Assembly: GCA_025934395.1 (NCBI GenBank) | Contig: JAICYC010000002.1 | Location: 8,420-72,419 of the forward strand | Reading direction: 5' to 3' | Length of the DNA: 64,000 nt | Origin: Solirubrobacteraceae bacterium | GTDB taxonomy: Bacteria > Actinomycetota > Thermoleophilia > Solirubrobacterales > Solirubrobacteraceae | In this document: in pieces, positions 18,767 to 26,218 of the stretch | Position numbering within the stretch: position 1 is the stretch's first letter | How the letters are laid out: each line of letters opens with the position of its first letter | Notes under the pieces: model-generated | Seen by the model: the letters and a program-made list of their open reading frames with translations, nothing else | Told to the model about the DNA's origin: nothing | Database searches by the model: none | Program-made: the position numbers and the translations under genes

Positions 18767-20221
18767 TCAGTCCTGCGAGGACGGCTCGGCCGCGAGCTCG
18801 GGCTCGGAGGCCGTATCGCCGGCTGCGCCGGCGCCGTTCTCTGCGGTCGCCTCGGGAGCGGGCTCCGCCGCCGCGTCCGCCTCGGCTGCCTCGGGCGCAG
18901 GGGGGGCCTCGGGCTCCGGCGCTGCAGCGGGGGCCTCGGGGGCAGCGGCAGCCTCGGGCTCGGGCGCAGCAGCGGGAGCGGCAGCCTCGGCCTCGGGCGC
19001 AGCAGCGGGAGCGGCGTCCTCGGTGGGCCCGGCTTCCTCGGTGGGCGCGGCTTCCTCGGCGGCCGGCTCGGAGCCGTCGCTCGGGCGCGACACCGGCAGG
19101 ATCTGGTCCTCGACGCGCTTTGCTGAGAGCGACAGCCTGCGCCGCTCGGAGTCGATCTCGAGGATCTTCACGCGGATCTCGTCGCCTGGGTGCACGATCT
19201 CGCGGGGGCTCTCGACGTGGTGCGGCGCGAGCTCGGAGATGTGCACGAGGCCCTCGACGCCGTCGAGTATCTCCACGAAGGCGCCGAACGTGACCACCTT
19301 GGTGACCTTGCCGGCGAGCTCGTCGCCGACGCTGTAGGTGTCGACGATCCGCTGCCAGGGGTCTTCCTGGGTCTGCTTCAGGCCGAGCGAGATGCGCTGG
19401 CGGTCGCGGTCGATGTCGAGCACCTTCACCTTCACGGTGTCGCCGATCGAGAGCACCTCGCTGGGGTGGTTGACGTGCGACCACGAAAGCTCGGAGATGT
19501 GGATCAGGCCGTCGATGCCGTCGAGGTCGACGAACGCGCCGAAGTCCACGATGTTGGAGATCTGCCCTTCGACCACGAGCCCGGGCTGCAGCCGGTCGAG
19601 GATCTGCTGGCGCACCTCCTTGCGCTCCTCCTCGAGCACGGCACGGCGCGAGAGCACGACGTTGTTGCGCGAGCGGTTGAGCTCGATCACCTTCGTCTCG
19701 ATCTTCGTGCCCATGTACTCGTCGAGGTTGGGCACGCGGCGGATGTCCACGAGCGACGCGGGCAGGAAGCCGCGCACGCCGAGGTCGATGATCAGGCCGC
19801 CCTTGACGACCTCGATCACGGTGCCCTCGACGGGCTCGCCCGACTCGGCTGCGGTTTCGATCCGGCGCCACGCCTTCTCGAAGCGCGCGCGCTGCTTGGA
19901 CATGATCAGGCGGCCGTCCTGGTCCTCCTTGGTGAGGACGATCGCGTCGACCTCCTCGCCGAGGTGCACCTCGTCGTTCGGGTCGACGGCCTTGCGGATC
20001 GACAGCTCGTTGGCGGGAATGACGCCCTCGGACTTGTAGCCGATGTCGACGAGGACCTCGTCCTTGTCGATCCGCACCACGTGGCCCGTGACGACCTCGC
20101 CCTCCTCGATCGTGCGGAACGTGGCGTCGTAGTTGGGGACGATCTGGCCGTCCACCTCCAGCAGCAGCCCGTTCGACCCGTCCACCACGCGAGCCTGGGG
20201 GTTCTCGATCACCGTTTGCAC
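18767..20221 (-). CDS. rpsA: 30S ribosomal protein S1 with an acidic Pro/Glu/Ala-rich C-terminal extension
   Basis: 484 aa. Four recognisable S1 OB-fold repeats (e.g. GEVVTGHVVRIDKDEVLVDIGYKSEGVI, GTVIEVVKGGLIIDLG, VEGQISNIVDFGAFVDL, LAGKVTKVVTFGAFVEI). GTG start. Confidence 0.95.
   Translation of the reverse strand: MQTVIENPQARVVDGSNGLLLEVDGQIVPNYDATFRTIEEGEVVTGHVVRIDKDEVLVDIGYKSEGVIPANELSIRKAVDPNDEVHLGEEVDAIVLTKEDQDGRLIMSKQRARFEKAWRRIETAAESGEPVEGTVIEVVKGGLIIDLGVRGFLPASLVDIRRVPNLDEYMGTKIETKVIELNRSRNNVVLSRRAVLEEERKEVRQQILDRLQPGLVVEGQISNIVDFGAFVDLDGIDGLIHISELSWSHVNHPSEVLSIGDTVKVKVLDIDRDRQRISLGLKQTQEDPWQRIVDTYSVGDELAGKVTKVVTFGAFVEILDGVEGLVHISELAPHHVESPREIVHPGDEIRVKILEIDSERRRLSLSAKRVEDQILPVSRPSDGSEPAAEEAAPTEEAGPTEDAAPAAAPEAEAAAPAAAPEPEAAAAPEAPAAAPEPEAPPAPEAAEADAAAEPAPEATAENGAGAAGDTASEPELAAEPSSQD
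18952..19017 (-). repeat. 33-bp tandem duplication in the rpsA 3' tail
   Basis: CCTCGG(G/C)CTCGGGCGCAGCAGCGGGAGCGGC(AG/GT) occurs twice, encoding AAAPAAAPE(P/A)E. Confidence 0.7.
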
Positions 20222-20259
20222 CCGCCGAAGCGTAGCGCAGCCGTATCATTGCGAGGCAC

Positions 20260-21441
20260 ATGCCTGTGCGAGCGACCAAGCGCGGCGCCGAGCGCACGCG
20301 GCTCGATCGCGACTGCGACGTGCTCGTGTGCGGGGCGAGCTTCGCCGGCCTGGCGGTTGCCAGGGAGCTCGCGGGTAGCGGCGCGCGGGTGCTGGTCGTG
20401 GATCGCTACGAGGTGGGCGAGCGTCAGACCTCCGCGTGCGCGATGCCGACCGTGTGGCTGTCGGCGCTGGAGCTGATGGGCACCCTCCGGCAGACGTTCC
20501 ACGAGATCGTCGTGCACACGCGCTTTCGCACCTCGCGGTGGAGCCTCCCGTGGTCGTTCTCGACATTCGACTACGGCGAGCTGTGCGCGGCGATGTACGC
20601 GCAGGCCGACTGCTCCGATCTCGAGTTCGAGACCGCAACTGTGACCGGACGCGAGGGCACCGACGTGCACACCGACCGCGGCGTGCTGCGGGCCCCGCTC
20701 GTGGTGGACGCGCTCGGGTGGCGGCGCGTGCTCTCGAACGGCGCCGCGATCCAGCCGCCGAACGCGCGCCTCTCGCGCGGCCTGGAGGTCCACCCGCCCG
20801 GCGAGGGCAGCGAGATGGAGCTGTGGATCGACACCCGCTACATCCGCTCCGGCTACTCGTGGAGCTTCCCCGCGCGGGACGAGCTGCGCGTGGGCGTGGG
20901 CTCGTTCTGGCCATCGCACCACGTCAAGGACCCCACGGTGCGCCTCGCCGCGGACCTCGGCCTGCCGCCGCAGGGCTATCAGGGCAACTGGATCCCTCAT
21001 CAGCTCAGGCGCGCCACCGAGGACGGCGTGTTCTTCGCGGGTGACTCCGCGGGCCATTGCCTGCCTGTCACCGCCGAGGGGATCCGCACCGCCCTGTACT
21101 TCGGCCTCGCGTGCGGGCGCGAGCTGCGTGGCGTGCTCGACGGGACCCGCAGCCGCGCGGAGGCGCTTGCGCGATACGCCGCCTTCTCGGACGCCCACGC
21201 GCTGAAGTTCAACCTGCTGCTGGGCGTCCAGCGGCTCGTCGGGCAGATGACGCCCACGCGCGCGCTCGACGCGGCGATCCGCGCGTTCGAGAGCCGGCGC
21301 CTGTCGGCATGGGCGTTCGCCCACTACCTCGCGATCGCGCCGCCGTCGTTCGTGGGCGGCGGACCCGCCTCGACTTCCGCGAGCGCCTCCGCGAACCGCC
21401 GGATGCCCTCGTCGATCGCCGGCTCGGCCAGGTTGGCGTAG
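20260..21441 (+). CDS. FAD-dependent oxidoreductase (geranylgeranyl-reductase-like family)
   Basis: 393 aa. Dinucleotide fold DVLVCGASFAGLAVARELAGSGARVLVVD and FFAGDSAGHCLPVTAEGI. The last ~118 nt overlap the convergent MocR gene, so the true 3' end is uncertain. Confidence 0.75.
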   Translation: MPVRATKRGAERTRLDRDCDVLVCGASFAGLAVARELAGSGARVLVVDRYEVGERQTSACAMPTVWLSALELMGTLRQTFHEIVVHTRFRTSRWSLPWSFSTFDYGELCAAMYAQADCSDLEFETATVTGREGTDVHTDRGVLRAPLVVDALGWRRVLSNGAAIQPPNARLSRGLEVHPPGEGSEMELWIDTRYIRSGYSWSFPARDELRVGVGSFWPSHHVKDPTVRLAADLGLPPQGYQGNWIPHQLRRATEDGVFFAGDSAGHCLPVTAEGIRTALYFGLACGRELRGVLDGTRSRAEALARYAAFSDAHALKFNLLLGVQRLVGQMTPTRALDAAIRAFESRRLSAWAFAHYLAIAPPSFVGGGPASTSASASANRRMPSSIAGSARLA

Positions 21442-22778
21442 CCGAGCACGAAGCGGTCGTCCACGTCGCGCACCTCGACGTAGCCGTAGCCGACCGGGTA
21501 CACACCCACCGAGCGCGCGGCCGCCGCGCGCATCACCGCCAGCCCGGGCACCGGCGCGGGCAGGCGCGCGATCGCGTGCAGGCCCGCCGCGACCCCCTCG
21601 ACCCTCGTGCCGGGGATGTGCGTGTGCAGCGCGCGTGCGAGCGCGTCGCGCCGCGCGCGGTAGCGGCGGCGCGCGGCCCGCAGGTGGCTGTCGTACGCGC
21701 CGCTCTCCAACAGCCGCGCCAGCGCAAGCTGGTCGAGCGTGGCGGACCCGTGGTCGGCGAGCATCTTCAGCTCGGCGACCCGATCGACGAGCCGGGCGGG
21801 CAGCACCATCCACCCCACCCGCAGCGCCGGTGCGAGCGTCTTGCTGATCGTCCCGGTGTAGACGACGAGCTCCGGCGCGAGCCCCTGCATCGCCCCGAGC
21901 GGTGCGCGGTCGTAGCGATACTCCGCGTCGTAGTCGTCCTCGATCACGAAGCGTCCATCCTCGGCGGCCCACGCGAGCAGCTCCGCGCGGCGCGCGGGCG
22001 CGAGCGCCACCCCCGTCGGCGACTGGTGCGCGGGCGTGACGAGCGCGGCTGCGATCCGGCCGCTGCCCCGTTCGAGGGCCGCGAGCTCGCTCACGCTGAA
22101 GCCCTGCTCGTCCACGGGCACGCCCACCGGCAAGGCGCCGTTGGCAGCGAGGATCGTTCGGTGCACGGGCAGGCACGGGTCCTCCACCGCGAGGCGCTCG
22201 CCGGGGATCGCCTGCGCCAGCAGCGCGAACGCCTGCGCTGCGCCCGCGCAGATCACGATCGCGTCGGGCTCGGCGACGACGCCGCGCACCCGACGCAGGT
22301 GCTCGGCGATCGCGGTGCGCAGCTGCGGCGCGCCGCGCGGGTCCGGATAGCCGAGCGCCCTGTCGGGAACCTCGCGCAGCGTCTCGCGCAGCACGCGCAG
22401 CCAGCGGCGGCGCGGGAACGACGCGAGGTCGGGGTTGCCCGGGAAGAAGTCGAACTGCAGCGCGGGCAGCTCGGGGACCCGCTCCGCGGCAGCGGCGCCG
22501 CTCGCGGCTCCGGCGACGAACGTGCCCGAGCCTCCGCGCGCGCTGAGATAGCCCTCGGCGAGCAGCTGGGCGTACGCGTCCACGACCAGCCGGCGTGAGA
22601 CGCCCAGGTCGCCCGCCAGCGCACGCGTCGCGGGAAGTCGGCTCCCGGGGGCGAGCCGCCTGGAGCGGACGGCCTCGCGGAGGCCGTCCTCGAGCTGCGC
22701 GCGCAGCGGCGCGCGCGCGCCTCGATCGAGCGCGATCAGCAGCTCCGGCCCTGAATTGGTACCCGTTTCCACGCCCAA
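21324..22778 (-). CDS. MocR/GabR/PdxR-type regulator (GntR wHTH fused to a fold-type-I aminotransferase-like domain)
   Basis: 484 aa. The N-terminal RLPATRALAGDLGVSRRLVVDAYAQLLAEGYL is a GntR HTH. The C-terminal domain has a PLP-lysine context, YTGTISKTLAPALRVGW. TTG start (alternative GTG 6 nt downstream). Confidence 0.9.
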   Translation of the reverse strand: MGVETGTNSGPELLIALDRGARAPLRAQLEDGLREAVRSRRLAPGSRLPATRALAGDLGVSRRLVVDAYAQLLAEGYLSARGGSGTFVAGAASGAAAAERVPELPALQFDFFPGNPDLASFPRRRWLRVLRETLREVPDRALGYPDPRGAPQLRTAIAEHLRRVRGVVAEPDAIVICAGAAQAFALLAQAIPGERLAVEDPCLPVHRTILAANGALPVGVPVDEQGFSVSELAALERGSGRIAAALVTPAHQSPTGVALAPARRAELLAWAAEDGRFVIEDDYDAEYRYDRAPLGAMQGLAPELVVYTGTISKTLAPALRVGWMVLPARLVDRVAELKMLADHGSATLDQLALARLLESGAYDSHLRAARRRYRARRDALARALHTHIPGTRVEGVAAGLHAIARLPAPVPGLAVMRAAAARSVGVYPVGYGYVEVRDVDDRFVLGYANLAEPAIDEGIRRFAEALAEVEAGPPPTNDGGAIAR

Positions 22779-22826
22779 AGTGGTCCTTTACCTTGACACC
22801 ACATCACCATATCGTGGGGTACCAAT
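22755..22826. promoter_or_regulatory. 10-bp perfect inverted repeat ATTGGTACCC ... GGGTACCAAT in the divergent MocR / membrane-protein control region
   Basis: Arms at 22755-22764 and 22817-22826, 52 bp apart. Each contains the palindrome GGTACC and each sits at or near one of the two divergent start codons. Confidence 0.4.
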
Positions 22827-23283
22827 GAGCGCCACCGCACAGCCGGCCGAGATCGCCGCAGCGCAGGTCGAGTCGCGTGCGCTGCTGGCGGGGCTCTGGA
22901 TCTTCGCGGCCTACAACATCGCGCTCGCGCTGTTCCTGGCGATCGCGCCCCACGCGTTCTACAGGTCGCTGGGGCCGTTCGGCGCGTACAACCGCCACTA
23001 CGAGGGAGACACGGCCACCTTCGTCGCCGCGTTCGCCCTGGGCTTCCTGGTCGCGGTGCGCCGTCCGGGATGGCGCGTGCCGATCCTCGCGCTCTCGACC
23101 GTCCAGTTCGCGCTGCACAGCGTGAACCACCTCGTCGACATCGCCCACGCGCACCCCGCCTGGACCGGCTACTTCGACTTCTTCGTCCTGCTCGCCTCCA
23201 CCCTGCTGCTCGCCTGGCTGCTGAACATCGCGGTGGCCGAGGCGCGCGGCGCTTCCCCGAGACCGCAAGGAGCCAACCGATGA
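22825..23283 (+). CDS. small integral membrane protein (about 4 TM), function unknown
   Basis: Start chosen at ATG 22825 (MSATAQPAEIAA). Hydrophobic segments LLAGLWIFAAYNIALALFLAI, FVAAFALGFLVAV, ILALSTVQFALHSV and FFVLLASTLLLAWLL. ATGA overlap with the next gene. Confidence 0.6.
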   Translation: MSATAQPAEIAAAQVESRALLAGLWIFAAYNIALALFLAIAPHAFYRSLGPFGAYNRHYEGDTATFVAAFALGFLVAVRRPGWRVPILALSTVQFALHSVNHLVDIAHAHPAWTGYFDFFVLLASTLLLAWLLNIAVAEARGASPRPQGANR

Positions 23284-23981
23284 CCCGCATCGCAGCACCT
23301 GCCAAGCCCGGCCTGCTCGTCAAAGCGACGCTCCGCTCGGCGCGCCGCACGACCGCCAAGATGACCGCCCGGGAGACCGAGTCGATGATCGAGCCGCTGG
23401 AGGCGTTCGCGCACACGCCCGGGCTCCTGCTCGGATACGGCATGCTCGAGCTGGCCAACCAGCGGGCGAGCAAGCTGCCGAAGCGGCTCAAGGAGCTGGT
23501 GGTACTGAAGGCGGCAACGCTGATGGGCTGCGAGTACTGCATGGACATCGGCTCTGCGATCGCGCGCCGCAGCGGCCTCAGCGACGAGCAGCTGCTCGCG
23601 CTGCCGCGCTACCGCGAGTCGGGCCTGTTCGACGAGCTCGAAGTCCTCGCGCTGGACTACGCGGTGGCGATGTCGCGGACGCCCGTGACCGTGCCGGATG
23701 AGCTGTTCGAGGCGCTGCGCGAGCGGCTCGGTGACGCGGGACTGGTCGAGCTCACGCAGCTGATCGCGCTGGAGAACTACCGCTCGCGCTTCAACATGGC
23801 GCTCGAGATCGGCTCGGCGGGCTTCAGCGAGGGCATGGTGTGCGCGATCTCCGACCCCGCCGCGGCCGCCGGCGAGGGCGCTCCGCCCCTCGCCGGCCAG
23901 GGCGCGCACCGCGCCGCCGGCACTCCGCCCGCGCCCGCTGCGAGGGCGGGGAACGGCGCAGCAGCCACCCACGCGGCATGA
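23280..23981 (+). CDS. carboxymuconolactone decarboxylase (AhpD-like) family protein
   Basis: Start at ATG 23280 (MTRIAAPAKPGL). AhpD-like CxxC in KAATLMGCEYCMDIG. Ala/Pro-rich C-terminal tail. Confidence 0.75.
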   Translation: MTRIAAPAKPGLLVKATLRSARRTTAKMTARETESMIEPLEAFAHTPGLLLGYGMLELANQRASKLPKRLKELVVLKAATLMGCEYCMDIGSAIARRSGLSDEQLLALPRYRESGLFDELEVLALDYAVAMSRTPVTVPDELFEALRERLGDAGLVELTQLIALENYRSRFNMALEIGSAGFSEGMVCAISDPAAAAGEGAPPLAGQGAHRAAGTPPAPAARAGNGAAATHAA

Positions 23982-24910
23982 GGGTCTTCATCGCAGGGGC
24001 CACCGGCGCGATCGGGCGCCAGCTCGTGCCGATGCTGGTGACGGACGGGCACGAGGTGACCGGGATGACGCGCTCGCCCGAGCGCGCCGCCGAGCTCGAC
24101 GCGCTCGGCGCGAGGGGCGTGGTCGCCGACGCGCTCGACGCGGGTGCGGTCCGCGAGGCGGTCGCAGCCGCGGCGCCGGAGGTGCTCGTCCACCAGCTCA
24201 CCGCGCTGCCGCAGCGGATCGACCCGCGCAAGGTCGAGCGCGACTTCGAGCTCAACGACCGCCTGCGCAGCGAGGGCACCCACATCCTCGTCGAGGCCGC
24301 GCAGGCTGCGGGCACGCGCCGGGTCGTGGCGCAGAGCATCGCGTTCATGTACGAGCCGGGCCCGGCCGGCACGATCCACGCCGAGCAGGACCCGCTGCTG
24401 CAGAGCCCGCCGCCGTCGTTCGCCCGCAGCGCGAACGCCGTGGCCGAGCTCGAGCGCACGGTGCTCGCGGCGAACGGCGTGGTGCTCAGGTACGGGTACT
24501 TCTACGGGCCCGGCACCGCGCTCTCGGGCGGCGGATCGACGGGACAGGACCTGCGCAGGCGCCGCTTCCCGATCGTCGGGCGGGGCACGGGCGTGTGGTC
24601 GATGATCCACATCCGCGACGCCGCGCGCGCGACGGCAGCGGCGCTCACCAACGGTGCGAGCGGCGTCTACAACATCGTCGACGACGACCCCGCGCCGGTG
24701 TCGGAGTGGCTGCCTGCCCTCGCGTCTGCGGTCGGCGCGCCGAAGCCGATGCGCGTTCCCGCGTGGATCGCGCGGCTCGCCGCGGGCGAGTACGGCGTGC
24801 AGGTGATGACGCGCGCCCAGGGCGCATCCAACGCGCGCGCCCGCGCGGAGCTCGGTTGGACGCCCGAGTTCCCGAGCTGGCGCGAGGGGTTCGCGGCCGA
24901 CCTAGGCTGA
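23978..24910 (+). CDS. NAD(P)-dependent epimerase/dehydratase (extended SDR) family protein
   Basis: Start at ATG 23978 (MRVFIAGATGAIGRQLV is a Rossmann GxxGxxG). ATGA overlap with the preceding gene. Confidence 0.8.
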   Translation: MRVFIAGATGAIGRQLVPMLVTDGHEVTGMTRSPERAAELDALGARGVVADALDAGAVREAVAAAAPEVLVHQLTALPQRIDPRKVERDFELNDRLRSEGTHILVEAAQAAGTRRVVAQSIAFMYEPGPAGTIHAEQDPLLQSPPPSFARSANAVAELERTVLAANGVVLRYGYFYGPGTALSGGGSTGQDLRRRRFPIVGRGTGVWSMIHIRDAARATAAALTNGASGVYNIVDDDPAPVSEWLPALASAVGAPKPMRVPAWIARLAAGEYGVQVMTRAQGASNARARAELGWTPEFPSWREGFAADLG

Positions 24911-25375
24911 GCTGGGCTCCGGCCCCATCACCTCGGCGGCTCGCTTGGCCATCTCTGCCTCGGAGACGTCTTCGGTGTGCGTGGCGATGTCCCAGCGATG
25001 TCCGAACGGGTCTTCGAGCTGACCGGCGCGGTCGCCGTAGAAGCGGTCCTCCAGCTCGCGGACGACCTTCGCACCCGCGGCGGTCGCACGTTCGAAGGCG
25101 CCGTCGACGTCATCGACGTACACGTACATCATCACCGGGTGCTCACCGATCCTGCGCGGGGCGCGCACACCCATCTCCGGGTTCTCGTCCGCGAGCATCA
25201 GGACCGAGTCGCCGATGCCCAGCTCGGCGTGGCCGATGCGCCCACCGGGAGCGGGCATGCGCAGGCGCTCTGTCGCCCCGAACACCTCGCCGTAGAACCT
25301 GATCGCCGCCTCGGCGTCGTCGACGATCAGGTAGGGCATGAGCCGGGGGTAGCCGTCGGGGACCGGGCTCGTCAT
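24902..25375 (-). CDS. VOC (glyoxalase/bleomycin-resistance, PhnB-like) family protein
   Basis: 157 aa. MPYLIVDDAEAAIRFYGEVFGA, IGHAELGIGDSVLMLADE, DPFGHRWDI. Confidence 0.8.
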   Translation of the reverse strand: MTSPVPDGYPRLMPYLIVDDAEAAIRFYGEVFGATERLRMPAPGGRIGHAELGIGDSVLMLADENPEMGVRAPRRIGEHPVMMYVYVDDVDGAFERATAAGAKVVRELEDRFYGDRAGQLEDPFGHRWDIATHTEDVSEAEMAKRAAEVMGPEPSSA

Positions 25376-25480
25376 CGCGTCTGACCTCCTGTTCGAGCGT
25401 CCTCGCGGCCCGCGAGGCTCCCGCCGAGGCGGGCCGCCACATCTCCCGAAAAGGTAGCGCGGCGCTCCGCGAGGCCTGCG

Positions 25481-25921
25481 CTACTTGCGCACCACGAGCA
25501 GCACCCCACCAACGAGCAGCGCGAGCCCGAGAATCCGCTGCGCCCCCACCTGAGTGCGCGCAACCCCGAGCAGCCCGAAGCGGTCGATCACGACCGACAT
25601 CGCCAGCTGGCCGAGGATCACGACCGCGGTCAGCCCACTCGCGCCGAGCGTTCGCACGGCGAGCAGCGCAACCGTCACGTACACCGCGCCGAGGGCCCCG
25701 CCCACGAGCGCCCACCACGGCGCGCGCCCGACGTGGCCCAGTCCCCCCCACCCTTTCCAGAACGCAGCCACCGCCAGCAGCACGACCGTGCCGACGATGA
25801 ACGAGAACGTGGCCGCCTGAGCGGACCCGATGTGCTTCCCCAGACGCGAGTTGATGGGCGCCTGCATCGCGACGAGCATCCCCGCCCCAGCCCCCAGGAT
25901 CACAGCAAGCGCCCGGCTCAC
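25481..25921 (-). CDS. DMT-superfamily membrane protein (YdcZ/DUF606-like)
   Basis: 146 aa with 4-5 TM. QAPINSRLGKHIG signature. Confidence 0.7.
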   Translation of the reverse strand: MSRALAVILGAGAGMLVAMQAPINSRLGKHIGSAQAATFSFIVGTVVLLAVAAFWKGWGGLGHVGRAPWWALVGGALGAVYVTVALLAVRTLGASGLTAVVILGQLAMSVVIDRFGLLGVARTQVGAQRILGLALLVGGVLLVVRK

Positions 25922-26020
25922 ATCAACTCCCCCGGCTCAGACCCCGCGCCCGCACGCAACCGGCCGTCCCGGGGAAGACCGCGAGTCCGGCGCACACCCC
26001 ACCCCGACCAGGGCACCAGC

Positions 26021-26186
26021 GGCGTGACGGGGCGCGCGGGATGCCGGCAGCAGCGCGAGCCACGGCAAAGCTCCCCAGACCAGCCCGCGAGCCCCGCGGG
26101 CGCGCGGGCCGGCCGCCCCCGGGGCCGCGGCGGCGTGACGGGGCGGGCGGGGTGGCGCCGGGCAAGCGAGCCGCAGCGAAGCTGCC
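26021..26186. repeat. two imperfect ~55-bp direct repeats in the polA-downstream intergenic region
   Basis: Both copies start with GGCGTGACGGGGCG (26021 and 26132) and continue with similar G-rich sequence ...GCGAGCC(A/G)C(G/A)GC(A/G)AAGCT. They are 111 bp apart. Confidence 0.5.
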
Positions 26187-26192
26187 GCTCGC
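26166..26192 (-). terminator. candidate polA terminator hairpin
   Basis: GCGAGCCGCAGC-GAA-GCTGCCGCTCGC forms 11 of 12 pairs, 27 nt after the polA stop. Only TT follows on the minus strand. Confidence 0.4.
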
Positions 26193-26218
26193 GCGAACGG
26201 CCCCACCCCACCCGCCCC

